DNA from: Nemertoderma westbladi
Lineage: Eukaryota > Animalia > Xenacoelomorpha
NCBI GenBank assembly: GCA_032718475.1
Contig: JAUCBJ010008657.1
Coordinates: forward strand, 1-35,880
Direction: 5' to 3'
Length of the DNA: 35,880 bases
Part shown: positions 22,554-34,501 of the stretch, piece after piece
How positions within the stretch are numbered: the stretch's first letter is position 1
Layout of the letters: each line of letters starts with the position of its first letter
The notes under the pieces: generated by a model
Told to the model about the DNA's origin: nothing
The model's database searches: none
Seen by the model: the letters and a program-made list of their open reading frames with translations, nothing else
Made by a program: the position numbers and the translations under genes

Positions 22554-23483
22554 ATGCCATTCACTAGTGGCATTAACAAACCGCGATCACTACGGCAAAT
22601 GGCGGGATTGGCAGACGAGTATGCATCCTCACGCGGGTGGAATAATCAAACTCGAGCAACCAAAGATTCTTGGACCCCTAGCCCTAGAAAATTTGAACGC
22701 GATTATAAATTTCAACCAGAGAAATGGAGCTCTAATATGGCACCATTGAATAACACAACTAATACCGGTCCGTTGTCAATGGGTGGAAGTGGAGGAAACG
22801 ACTCCACTCCACGTCGATTTCCACGTTGCCGACTTTGTGACCAACACGGATTTAAAGATGAATTTCACTGGAAAGAACAATGTCCTCGAGATGAACGCTA
22901 TGGTTTAGCAAAATCATCTTATACCCCCAGATACAACTCTGGTTCGTCAACATCTGCGTCGGGTAGACTTGAGGGGAAGGCCGCTACTGTTGTTCCTCCT
23001 CCACGACAACAGCAAGATGAACAAGTTATGGATCTATTATTTGGTGAAGCAAACATCGTTAGTGGTACGGAAACTAAATTAGGTATTCGTTGTTCTTTCC
23101 CAATTAATATTGGTTGTTCGAAATATAATGCATTAATTGATACAGGTTGCCAAGCAACATTAATATCTCTCCCTACTGCTCAAATAATTATCAAAGAGTT
23201 GGAAATTTCTCGTGAAAATGTGTATACAGGCTCCAATATGTTAAGTTTAAATTCGGCAACAAGTACACCATTGGATATTTGTGCAAGAATATCCGCGCCA
23301 GTTGAACTGGATGGATGTACGAGTACGGTGCATCTATGGATTGTTCGTGATTTCGACCATTCTGTAGTTTTAGGCACAGATGTTCTACCAAATCTAGGCG
23401 TTACATTGCGGACACGGCATACAACTATAATCGGCGATACTGATAACTCAACTTTGGCAATGGAGACTATAATAAGTCTCTGA
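22554..23483 (+). CDS. Ty3/Gypsy gag C-terminus plus aspartic protease (5'-truncated)
   Basis: KPRSLRQMAGLADEY gag-end motif, Cys/His knuckle CRLC-x9-H-x4-C, protease ALIDTGC and VLGTDVL. Confidence 0.85.
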   Translation: MPFTSGINKPRSLRQMAGLADEYASSRGWNNQTRATKDSWTPSPRKFERDYKFQPEKWSSNMAPLNNTTNTGPLSMGGSGGNDSTPRRFPRCRLCDQHGFKDEFHWKEQCPRDERYGLAKSSYTPRYNSGSSTSASGRLEGKAATVVPPPRQQQDEQVMDLLFGEANIVSGTETKLGIRCSFPINIGCSKYNALIDTGCQATLISLPTAQIIIKELEISRENVYTGSNMLSLNSATSTPLDICARISAPVELDGCTSTVHLWIVRDFDHSVVLGTDVLPNLGVTLRTRHTTIIGDTDNSTLAMETIISL

Positions 23484-23538
23484 ATATATACACTATAAAT
23501 CTCTGAATAACAAAGACACAACTTCTGGACTTTGTGCT

Positions 23539-26500
23539 TTGATAGTGGATCGACAAATTCCACCAAGATCAGCGAGTTACTTGAAGGTTCAGCTTTCAGA
23601 TAATTTATGTATTGGTGAAAAACGACCATTTATATTCGAACCTTGTATGGAGGTTCTAGCAGATTACGGTTTACATAGCTCTGATGCTGTTCTAGAATTT
23701 CAAGAAGATGGGTACGGCCTTGTAGGTGTACTCAATCTTAATGCATTGCACAAAGCAATGCCTGAAGGATTGGTTATCGGTAACTGCACATTACTAACGG
23801 ATGAAGAAAATATTGGTGAAATTACTACAGCGGATATAAAAACTGTAAGTTCTGACGACGGTCTCGCGGCATTAATTACAGATCCGGAGGAACGGAACAA
23901 GCTTATTCGCGACCATATTGGGGACTCTAATGACGAGTTAAACAGCGAACAACAAACCCAATTATTAAATCTTCTTCAGGATTTTAATGACATTTTTCAA
24001 TTGTCGGATGATGAATTTGGTTGGACAGATTTAACTGTCCATCAAATAAATACGGAGAAAGCAATACCAATCAAACAAGGTTTGAGACGCACATCACATG
24101 AACTAAAGGCAGTGGTGGCAGAGCAAATAAATCGGATGTTAAAACTTGGAGTTATTCGTCCCTCACAAAGTCCTTGGTCGTCCCCTGTGGTGATTACACC
24201 TAAACCGGACGGCTCACCAAGATTTTGTGTGGACTACCGTAAATTAAATAATATTACAGTAAAGGATAATTATCCTTTACCCCAGGTCGATGACCTTCTA
24301 GATGACCTCCGAAACTCAAAATTTTTTACAACCCTGGATTTGGCAATGGGATATTGGCAAATCCCTCTTTCGGAGGAAGATATACCTAAAACAGCTTTTA
24401 CTTGCTGTTCGGGTTTTTATGAATTTCTCGTTTTGGCTTTTGGACTGTGTAATGCACCAGCCACTTTTCAACGGGCAATGGAAAAAATGATAAGAAAGAT
24501 AAAACTAGATGAAATTAATAGCAATTCTAGTACAGTTGCTATTCCTACTGAGAATCCCTTTCACGTGTACTTGGATGATATTTTAATTGGTTCAGAGGAT
24601 TTTAAAAGGCACCTTTATCATTTGCGCCTACTTTTTATGACGATTCGTGAACATTCATTGAAACTTAAAATTAGTAAATGCAAATTTGCAAAATCGAAAA
24701 CTGTGTATTTAGGCCACATTATATCACGTAATGGCATTAGCCCGGACCCTAAAAACGTAAACAAAGTTTTGAATTTTCCGGAACCAAAGAATGTAAAAGA
24801 ATTGCGTGGTTTTCTTGGGCTTAGTAATTATTACAGACGATTCATTGAAGGGTATGGCCGAATTGCAAAACCACTGTATTCACTTTTGCACAAAAACTCA
24901 GTTTGGGCTTGGACAAATGAGACTCAGCTGGCTTATTGGGAATTAAAAAATAGACTTTTATCCACGCCTGTTTTACAGTACCCAGATTTTAATAAACCAT
25001 TCGTTGTAGAATGTGATGCTAGTCAAACTGGTTTTGGTGCTGTACTATCGCAACATAATGATATTGATAATAAACTGCACCCGGTTGCTTATGCCTCCAA
25101 GCATATTGATAATAGCCAGCGCCGCTTCAGTGTCCCTCATCTTGAACTAGGGGGTTTAAATTGGGCCTGCAATCATTTTAAACATTACTTATTCGGCCGG
25201 TGCAGTTCTACTGTAGTTTTTACAGACCATGCGTCTATCAAAGGTATTTTAAAGGGACGAGCTGACTTAGATGGTCCTATGGCTCGTTGGGTGTTTAATA
25301 TTATTGAATATGTGTCACCAGACAATATTTTTCATAAACCTGGAAAAGCTAATGGAAATGCTGACGCCCTTTCTAGAATGCCTGAGACGCAACCTACCGT
25401 TTTGGGCGAGGACGGATTTTGTGGAATAAATACAAATGTAAAAGTAATAGATAAATTTGAAAAACTAAGAGAAGAAACGGATTTATTGAAGGAATTACAA
25501 ATGATGGATTCCGAATTAGAAATTTTGATAGATTTTCATGTAAATAAAATCTTGCCTTCAGATGTAGAAGGAAAACGTTTTGTTGAGTCTTTTGGGAGCT
25601 CAACGACATTGATTGATGGTGTACTTTATAAATTGGACGACAGTGACGATTTTCGACAACCTCGGTTGGCAGTTCCTAAAAACTGGCGTTTTAAATTATG
25701 GACAGAAATTCATGGCGGTAAATTTGCGGGCCATTTATCGGATAGGAAAAATTGGAGTGTATTGAGGTTACAGTATTGGTGGCCACGAATGCGCGTAGAT
25801 ATTTTCAAGTGGTGCCACAGCTGCTTGAAATGTGCATCACGTTACCCTGGGCGTGGTCAGTCTCCATTATTGAAACCCCTTCCTGTTGGTGGGCCTTTTG
25901 ATCGCGTAGCCGTCGATGTGTTATCGTTGCCACTTACTCGTAGTGGAAATAAATATTGTGTAATATTCGGTGATTATCTTACCAAGTGGATTGAAGCTTA
26001 TCCAACCGGAGATGAAAAAGCAATAACAATTGCTAGTTGTTTTGTTGACTTTATTGGGCGTCACGGTGTCCCTCGGGAATTACTATCGGATAGGGGGACA
26101 AATTTTCTCTCCGATCTATTTTTGGCAGTGTGTGACCTATGTGGAATAAAAAAGATAAATACGAGTGCATTTCACCCTCAAACAGATGGTATGGTGGAAC
26201 GGTTCAATCGGACGCTTCTAAATATGTTATCTAAAATGGCAGAGAGACATAGCGATGATTGGGATAAAGTATTACCATGTGTTCTATTCGCATATAGAAC
26301 AGCAGAACACTCATCCTCGCGCGAGTCCCCGTTCTTTCTTTTGTATGGACGTGACGCGCGTCTCCCCACGGAAACAGCTATCAGTAGCCCCCGTACGGTC
26401 TATCAAGTTAACCTTGACGACTACAAAACCGAATTGACGGATTACCTTACGACCGCCTGGGATCTCGCTCGTCGCAACATCGATAGTTCGCAAGCTGTTT

Positions 26501-26781
26501 ATAAAGAACAGTACGACAAACGACGTCAACCAATCTCCTATCGAGTGGGAGATAGAGTCTTCCTACATCGTCCCGATGTAGTTAAAGGGCCCGGCTATAA
26601 ACTTGTTCGGCCATTCCACGGCCCCTATCGAATCCTCAAAATTAATGAAAACAATGCTGAAATTAGACTTGTTGATAAACCGCAAGATAAACCATTATAT
26701 GTAGCTATAAACCGTCTACGTAATTGTAAACTAGAGCTTGCAAATGTTTCATACTCTGGTGCTGGTAAACCAACAAGTTAA
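23539..26781 (+). CDS. Ty3/Gypsy pol (RT-RNase H-integrase)
   Basis: SPWSSPVV, RFCVDYRKLN, LDLAMGYWQ, YLDD, FLGLSNYYRRFI, CDAS, TDH, NADALSR, HHCC, SDRGTNF, HPQTDGMVERFNR and a GPY/F motif. The frame is open from ~23476. Confidence 0.97.
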   Translation: MIVDRQIPPRSASYLKVQLSDNLCIGEKRPFIFEPCMEVLADYGLHSSDAVLEFQEDGYGLVGVLNLNALHKAMPEGLVIGNCTLLTDEENIGEITTADIKTVSSDDGLAALITDPEERNKLIRDHIGDSNDELNSEQQTQLLNLLQDFNDIFQLSDDEFGWTDLTVHQINTEKAIPIKQGLRRTSHELKAVVAEQINRMLKLGVIRPSQSPWSSPVVITPKPDGSPRFCVDYRKLNNITVKDNYPLPQVDDLLDDLRNSKFFTTLDLAMGYWQIPLSEEDIPKTAFTCCSGFYEFLVLAFGLCNAPATFQRAMEKMIRKIKLDEINSNSSTVAIPTENPFHVYLDDILIGSEDFKRHLYHLRLLFMTIREHSLKLKISKCKFAKSKTVYLGHIISRNGISPDPKNVNKVLNFPEPKNVKELRGFLGLSNYYRRFIEGYGRIAKPLYSLLHKNSVWAWTNETQLAYWELKNRLLSTPVLQYPDFNKPFVVECDASQTGFGAVLSQHNDIDNKLHPVAYASKHIDNSQRRFSVPHLELGGLNWACNHFKHYLFGRCSSTVVFTDHASIKGILKGRADLDGPMARWVFNIIEYVSPDNIFHKPGKANGNADALSRMPETQPTVLGEDGFCGINTNVKVIDKFEKLREETDLLKELQMMDSELEILIDFHVNKILPSDVEGKRFVESFGSSTTLIDGVLYKLDDSDDFRQPRLAVPKNWRFKLWTEIHGGKFAGHLSDRKNWSVLRLQYWWPRMRVDIFKWCHSCLKCASRYPGRGQSPLLKPLPVGGPFDRVAVDVLSLPLTRSGNKYCVIFGDYLTKWIEAYPTGDEKAITIASCFVDFIGRHGVPRELLSDRGTNFLSDLFLAVCDLCGIKKINTSAFHPQTDGMVERFNRTLLNMLSKMAERHSDDWDKVLPCVLFAYRTAEHSSSRESPFFLLYGRDARLPTETAISSPRTVYQVNLDDYKTELTDYLTTAWDLARRNIDSSQAVYKEQYDKRRQPISYRVGDRVFLHRPDVVKGPGYKLVRPFHGPYRILKINENNAEIRLVDKPQDKPLYVAINRLRNCKLELANVSYSGAGKPTS

Positions 26782-27030
26782 TCTGTTTTTCACTTTTCTT
26801 TTTGTTGCAATTATTTTTTTATTTCAGTCATTGATTGAAGTGCTTATTTGACGAGAAGTTGATTTTACATTATTAGTTACTATTAATTTCAAACTATAAG
26901 TAGTTCTACAGTATCTACAGTTCTCTGTTGGTGGTGACGTTTTTATTATGCCTATTAATGTTTATTTATACATATTGGTGACTAGACACAAGCCCTGAGG
27001 GCAGGGCTATTATTTTAAGCGGGGGGGCGT

Positions 27031-27357
27031 TGTAAGGCCCTGACTGAGTCGTTATACTGTATGATATACAGTATATACATGGTGGTATGAGAAGACATAC
27101 AGTAGGACCTGGACTGACAGAAGGACGTCAGAGAGGGATAGCTAAAGATTGTGATAGGCCTAGTTGGAGTAGAGACGTTTCGGCATTCGGATAGATTTAT
27201 ATACGGTTACGGTACCTACTGACTTACACGTGCTGAGGTAGTATTATTATATTATATATATTTTGTTATTGTTATGAAAGATAATATATTTGGAAGGGTT
27301 TTTATTCATTTATTTATTCGTTTCACTTATTTGCACCGTCAACGACCGGCGCTTACA
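27031..27357 (+). mobile_element. 3' LTR of the Gypsy element
   Basis: Polypurine tract aagcggggggg (27017-27027) followed by TGTAAG; ends CTTACA at 27357 (alternative end 27228). Hairpin agccctgagggcagggct at 26991-27008 lies just before the PPT. Confidence 0.75.
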
Positions 27358-28665
27358 AACGAATTATGGTTTGATGATTGATGTGTGTTATGTGAGTGAA
27401 CAGCCGACACTGAGGTCAAAAGGTTTGGTATGACATCATGGGGGAGAATGTTATTGAGATACTTAAAGCTGATCAACGCGATGCTCTCAACGTACATCAC
27501 GGAAATAGTCAGGGGTTTAAATTCTGGATTGCGTTTGTTTATAATATTTATGATTTTAGTTTGAGCCTTTTGGAGTTTTCCAATTGTCATTGTATTTACA
27601 GATTATTTGCATCTGTTTCTTGGTGTTGGGTCGCTTGTATTGTCAGCACTATGATTCAGTGATGTGTGGCCCCAGACAGCGATACACAGTAATTTAAATA
27701 TGGATTAATCAAGGAGTAGTAAAGGCAATGTAGGGCTTGGCCAGATGCAAATGCTTTGACTTTGTTTATTACACCAATGTTTTTGCTAACAGTAGAAAAT
27801 AATTTTAGGATTTGTGGTTTCCAAGATAAATTTTCATCAATGATGATTCCCAAAAATTTGATGCTGTTTGATTTTTAGATAATTTGGTCATTAATTTTAA
27901 CAGTCGTGGGATTAATTGGTAGGGAAACGTTATGAGGTTTTATTATTAAATATTTCGTTTTTTTAATTTAGGGAAAGACGGTTTACACAAAACCATCTAA
28001 AAAGTTTATGAAGTTGCACATTCACCGTCGTAATAACTGTGTCAATATCCTTGTGTGAGCAAACAATATTTGTGTCGTCAGCAAATAAAATAAAAAATTT
28101 TTTTTTTGAAACATTGACGATGTCGTTACAGTAAATAAGGAATAATAGGGATCCCAAAATGGATCCTTGCGGCACCCCATAGATAGTTTATATTAAGGAG
28201 GTCAGAAGAACTGTTACCTATGGCAACACATTGTTTACGGTTACTTAAGTAGCTATTAAACCAGTTCAGCGCGTTTCCACCAATCCCATGAGCCTGTAGT
28301 TTTTGAAAGAGGATATCGTGGTTTACTGTATCAAAGGCCTTGGCAAGGTCAATAGATTTATTTTCAGCTGCAGATGTTATATTAGCAAGGAGAGATAGTA
28401 GTGCTAGTTGAATTTAAGATTTGACTAGTTGAGTTTAAGACGGAGACCAAATTGCCTTGGTGAGAGAATGTTATGGCTATTAAGGTACTTAATCAATTGC
28501 TTGTATACAATTTTTTCGTAGATTTTGGAGAACAGTGGGATCACGGATATGGTTCTATAATTTTGGGGCAGGGTGAGGTCCTCAGATTTAAACACAGGGA
28601 TAACTCTGGCTATTTTAAGTGCATCTGGTACAATACCTGTAATTAGAAGCAGTTAATCATGTGAG
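27358..28665 (-). mobile_element. Degenerate CR1/L2-group LINE RT fragment
   Basis: Minus-strand fragments LKIARVIPVFK, NYRTISVIPLFSKIYEK, DLAKAFDTVNH, WFNSYLSNRKQ, PQGSILGSLLF, FADDT, GIIIDENLSW, HSHNT, broken by frameshifts and stops. Confidence 0.92.
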
Positions 28666-28943
28666 TCATAATTTGAACAATACAAAGAAACGAAGCAGGT
28701 CAACCAATTGTACAATAAACTATCCTTCTTCATCAGTTTCTAATTGTAAGTAACTCTCGCCTCTCACCTACAGAAAACACTGGTTCCTTATATCTCTACT
28801 TTATTCAATGGATGCCAAGCAACATTTGACCAACTGAGCCCGCCCCCCGGCCGTTTGCAACTTGCAATGTAAAAAAAATATATTATTAAATCCCAATTTG
28901 TTAGTTGATTCAATGTAACCTTTATTGATAAAACTATTCGAAT

Positions 28944-30291
28944 AATATAAGTCAATTTACTACAGATATATTCTTTAATTCAATATAATTCAATTTACTA
29001 CAGATATATTCTTTAATTCAATATAATTCAATTTACTACAGATATATTCTTTAATTCAATACAAGTCAATTTACTATAGATATATTCTTTAATTCAATAC
29101 AAGTCAATTTACTACAGATATATTCTTTAATTCAATATAAGTCAATTTACTACAGATATATTCTTTAATTCAATATAAGTCAATTTACTACAGATATATT
29201 CTTTAATTCAATATAAGTCAATTTACTACAGATATATTCTTTAATTCAATATAAGTCAATTTACTACAGATATATTCTTTAATTCAATATAAGTCAATTT
29301 GCTACAGATATATTCTTTAATTCAATACAAGTCAATTTACTACAGATATATTCTTTAATTCAATACAAGTCAATTTACTACAGATATATTCTTTAATTCA
29401 ATATAAGTCAATTTACTACAGATATATTCTTTAATTCAATACAAGTCAATTTACTACAGATATATTCTTTAATTCAATATAAGTCAATTTACTACAGATA
29501 TATTCTTTAATTCAATATAAGTCAATTTACTACAGATATATTCTTTAATTCAATATAAGTCAATTTACTACAGATATATTCTTTAATTCAATACAAGTCA
29601 ATTTACTACAGATATATTCTTTAATTCAATATAAGTCAATTTACTACAGATATATTCTTCAATTCAAAATAAGTCAATTTACTACAGATATATTCTTTAA
29701 TTCAATACAAGTCAATTTACTACAGATATATTCTTTAATTCAATACAAGTCAATTTACTACAGATATATTCTTTAATTTAATACAAGTCAATTTACTACA
29801 GATATATTCTTTAATTCAATATAAGTCAATTTACTACAGATATATTCTTTAATTCAATATAAGTCAATTTACTACAGATATATTCTGTAATTCAATACAA
29901 GTCAATTTACTACAGATATATTCTTTAATTCAATACAAGTCAATTTACTACAGATATATTCTTTAATTCAATATAAGTCAATTTACTACAGATATATTCT
30001 TTAATTCAATATAAGTCAATTTACTACAGATATATTCTTTAATTCAATACAAGTCAATTTACTACAGATATATTCTTTAATTCAATATAAGTCAATTTAC
30101 TACAGATATATTCTTTAATTCAATACAAGTCAATTTACTACAGATATATTCTTTAATTCAATATAAGTCAATTTACTACAGATATATTCTTTAATTCAAT
30201 ATAAGTCAATTTACTACAGATATATTCTTTAATTCAATACAAGTCAATTTACTACAGATATATTCTTTAATTCAATATAAGTCAATCTACT
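28944..30291. repeat. 38-bp AT-rich tandem satellite, ~35 copies
   Basis: Unit caatayaagtcaatttactacagatatattctttaatt. Confidence 0.97.
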
Positions 30292-30735
30292 ACCCGAACG
30301 AACCTTAGCGAACCGAATATTATCTATTAGTACAAGTCTCACGAATACCATGTTCTACTGGAGTTGCATCATGGTTTATACTGTATGTATACACCATCAA
30401 TTGGATCTGGTACCTTACCGGTATGTAATAAGACTCTTAGGAATAAGCTACCAGATTCCATTCCATTGATTGATTGATTGTGCATACACAATGATGCTAC
30501 TCAGAGTGGATGGCATTCACGAAATGGGTGCTAATAGCTAATTTGGACTCTTTTTAAATCAGAAGAGGAATTTCTGATACCGTAAATGCAACGTGACATG
30601 TTAACAGTTGATGCATGTACATAATTCCCAAAATTACCCAACTTTCTTGATTTGAAATTATGTTTATAAATAATTATTGAAATTTAAAATTTGAATTGTA
30701 CTATAAATTATTTTAAAAAATATTTGTTTTATTAG

Positions 30736-32119
30736 ATATGAAAAACTGAAGTCTGTGGCTATACAATGGCAGCGGAACCAGCAGAAGAACAGACCGGAAT
30801 GGAAAAGATACCGAGAGGATTTATCAAATGCCAATGAATGGTTATCGAATGCCGAGGCCCTTTTGAGACAGCCAACATCAGACTACAACAGACGAATTAC
30901 TGACTGCGATGAACTAATAGCAAAATCGGGCCTAGCTCTGGAGTTCCGACGCAGCAGTGATGCATTGTTAACCATCATTGGTGATAAGGATGATAAGCAA
31001 ACAATCTCTGATGAAGTGCACGAAATTTCTCGACGATTTGATCTGGTTAAGGATCGGTTACTGCTGGATAGAGCAGAATCGCAACAACTTAGGGACAAAC
31101 AGATACTCCTGGAGTTGATTTCCCAGGGAGAGTCACGTTTGAGTGATGGAAGACGACGGCTACGGGATGGGGACAATGTTGCCTCAATTATTGCCGAGCA
31201 CCGCGAGTTCTTTAATGACAACTTCGACCAAATCAGCGATGAATGTTTGCGAAATTTATGTGCCGATGGCTCGGGTAATCATGATCTTCGCTCCCGTCTA
31301 GCTGAACTCCAAAGGCGTCGGGCTGAGGAACTTCTAGCGATGGAGCGAGCCCCGGGGCTGTTCGCGGAATACCGGAAGCAATTTGCAGAATTATCCGCGT
31401 GGTTGGATCGCAGTGAACAGATATTGGCAGAGTTAAGGGAATCTGAATCTGACTCCAGAAAATATAACGATATTTTATATGAATTTAAAAAGCGAAACTC
31501 TGAAGGAAAAAATAAAATTCATGACTTCGAAAATCTACAAAGAAAGTTGGACGAAATCCGGACTATTGGAGATCAAAACACAATCGAGGATGAGGAAGTT
31601 AAACTTAAAAATGAAAGAAAACGTTTGGATGATTTTCTTAATGATTCGGCTACCATGGCAACCAGATCAGAAGGAATTCTGCGAAGATTTGACTGTAGAC
31701 AGCAGGCATCAGTTGTAGAAGGCAAACTCAATCAGATAGGAGTAAATATGTCAAAATTCCCTTACATTGACAATCTTGTTGGAGCGAAATCCGCAGCTGC
31801 TGACCATGCATTGCTTATAAAAGAGGTAGAAAAGCTAGTCCCGACTGTGTACGACACCTTGAGGATGTTGAAGGAACAGACAAGCTTAAACCAAGATTAC
31901 CTGGCCATGGAACGATCTCTGGCCAACCTGCAATCGGACGTGAGAATGAGAAATGACTTGCTCGGCGACCTAGAGACTGGATGGCAGCGTTATGAAGAAT
32001 CGGAGATGACCATGATGTCATTCCTGAGACGCGCCAAAGAAGTCTTGCATCGCAAAGATAACGGAAACGAAAGTGAACTGAAAGATACCCTCGACGAAAT
32101 AGAACGTTTGGAAAAAGAG
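30736..32119 (+). CDS. Large internal exon of a spectrin-repeat protein (nesprin/dystrophin/spectraplakin-like)
   Basis: Acceptor tttgttttattag at 30735; donor GAG|gtgaat after 32119 (phase 0). Repeated spectrin helix-A signatures WKRY...ANEWLSNAE, FAELSAWLDRSE, WQRYEE...MSFL. Confidence 0.85.
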
Positions 32120-32375
32120 GTGAATATTATTTAACTGTAGTAGTTTTAACTGAAATGAACTGTTAGGACATAATAAATATGGTTTTTGCAACAGCTCCAC
32201 GTACATTAGTGTATTATGAATTATATTTATGTATTGTATTTGTATTATTTGTAGTTTCTAATAGCAGTTATTTACCTATATGAGTACAGATGAAGTGGCT
32301 GACTGGCTATTTGTACTCGGTGAACCAGTTTGTTTGTTTTCAGGTTCTACCAAACCATTTTAATATTTGTTTCAG

Positions 32376-32564
32376 CTTCTGCCAATGTCTACCACATTGA
32401 ATCATCTTCAGACTGACCAACTAGTAATACGCAATACTTGCAGTCAGTGCAGGCAGGATGAGTTAGATAGAATACTGGAGAGCGCTAGCAGTAGCTACAA
32501 CAGTTTGCATGGTCAATTACGAGATAAGGCTGATTCAATAACAGACAGGTATGATCTTACAGAG
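32376..32564 (+). CDS. Next exon of the spectrin-repeat gene
   Basis: Acceptor tttgtttcag and donor GAG|gtaaag. Phase 0 matches the previous exon, and the translation is helical. Confidence 0.8.
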
Positions 32565-32601
32565 GTAAAGTAGCAGCTTGAGATTCTATAAGTAGTAGGG
32601 T

Positions 32602-32895
32602 CTTGGGCGGCTCTGTGACAGTTAGACCTCACTGACACCCATTGGGTGTCATATGACACCCAATTATCACCCCATGGGTGTCATTGGGTGTCATTGGCGC
32701 CAGACTGTCTGGGTGACACCTCCCAATTAGGCTAATTAGACCCTAATTGACAGGTGTCATCAATTAATTAGTACAATTAAACCCTAACAGGTATCATTTA
32801 GGGTTTAATTGATTATCCTAATTAATCAGACTGATTAGCGCCCTGACACACAATGGGTCATCAGTGATGTCTAACTGTCACAGAGCCGGCTCAAG
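32602..32895. mobile_element. MITE-like element with long imperfect TIRs
   Basis: ggctctgtgacagttagacctcactga pairs with tcagtgatgtctaactgtcacagagcc. Flanked by direct AGGGT; internal tgacaccc/gggtgtca subrepeats. Confidence 0.8.
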
Positions 32896-34359
32896 AGGGT
32901 GTCATAAGTGACACCGCAGCTCTTTTATTTATTAATACCTATTTATTTATATTTAATTTTAATTAATTATTTGTATTTTATTTTATTTGTATTTAATTTT
33001 ATATTAATTATTCATTTGTACTTTATGGGTATACAGCTCCCTTACTGGTAACTAATTACTCTTATCTATATCCAGACAGCTTTTTCGTTGACCTTTGACC
33101 TTTGACCCCTCAATTAGCTTTAACCAAGCAACAGCATATTAATGATAGTTGTATCCAAGCGCCCCTGCCCCCACCCCGTGACAGCTCTGATTACTAATTA
33201 CTCGTACATATATCCAACCGCCTGCAGTTCCATAGTCTGCCGCTAGAGGGCGTATTATCTGAAAATTAACATCTTCTCTAACTTTGTTATTTTCAATTTA
33301 ACTATTTATTTATATTTAATTTTAATTAATTAATTGTACTTTATTTTACTTTATTTATTCATTTGTAGTTTATTTTAAATTAATTAATTGTATTCTATTT
33401 TACTTTATTTATTCATTTGTACTTTATTTTAAATTAATTAATTGTATTACTTTTATTTTATATATTGATTTCTATTTTTAGATTAATTAGTTTTTATATT
33501 ACTTACCGCTACTAAATGAGATCATTATTGGAAGCATCTAACCATAGACTTGCAGCCTTATTTAGCCATAGGGTATACAGCTCCCCTACTGGTAACTATT
33601 TTGGAGTTAATGTTAGCAAAGGGCCTAAACTTAAGACAAGCTATCGCCTAGGTTACCAGTTACGCATGAATGAGCAATTTATCGGGGGCCCCTCTTAAAA
33701 TTCTTTGTGCTGCGTCAGGATTGCCTCATTTAAGGAAGCCGCATCCCTATCGATAATCTAATTATGGTATCGCTAACCATTTTCAGTATACTGTATAATT
33801 AAATAGGGCCCTCTTTTAATACATAAGTTTATATATATATACAGTTTATCTTCAATTTAATTTGTTTTTATTTACAACCCTATGTTCTACTGTATTATAA
33901 TTTATAATAACAAGCTATATCCGGTTAATCCGTATTAATTTTCTTTGTACTGAGGTTATCGAGGGCGCTGTTTCCAATGGTCCTATTCTCAAAACGATCT
34001 AACCTACTGTATAATTAATTACTTAAGACTGCGAGGTATGCGTAATTAACACATCTCATTTACCAGTTTTCCTTAAAAACTATGAAGTTATATTGCTTAA
34101 GAGTTCTAAGGGGCGAGCCATGAGGCAAGATGTTTGAGACTTATTTAGATATATTATTACTTAATTTGACCCCCCAATCGGCATCTACTATGGCATAGGC
34201 TATATCTTTTGCAGAGTCACAGAGTAGTATGAAGTTCCCCAGTCTGCCGCTAGAGGGCTTAATGTCTCAAAGTGAAAACCATACGGTAGCCATGAATTGG
34301 TTACTAGGCAATAATACTGCATTTTGCAACGTTAGGCCTATTGCTGACCGAACGAAAAC

Positions 34360-34432
34360 TGCCCTGGTTCATGCAGGGGTCGAACCCATGACATACGAGA
34401 GACGTGAATTCTACGCAACCACTACACCAAGG
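34360..34432 (-). ncRNA. tRNA-derived SINE head or tRNA pseudogene (Pol III A and B boxes)
   Basis: Minus-strand TGGTGTAGTGG (A box) and GGTTCGACCCC (B box) at tRNA-like spacing. No clean cloverleaf. Confidence 0.6.
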
Positions 34433-34501
34433 TGGAACAGTAACCTTCGAATTTGTTCGTTGACGTTCGAATTTGTAAGACTCTCATTTAAGACTTGACA
34501 C

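Noticed and set aside
17756-26529. Short antisense or overlapping ORFs within the pol genes
   Set aside because: Expected shadow ORFs of long coding sequences, with no motifs.
34360-34432. Functional tRNA gene
   Set aside because: A and B boxes are present, but acceptor and anticodon stems do not pair convincingly.
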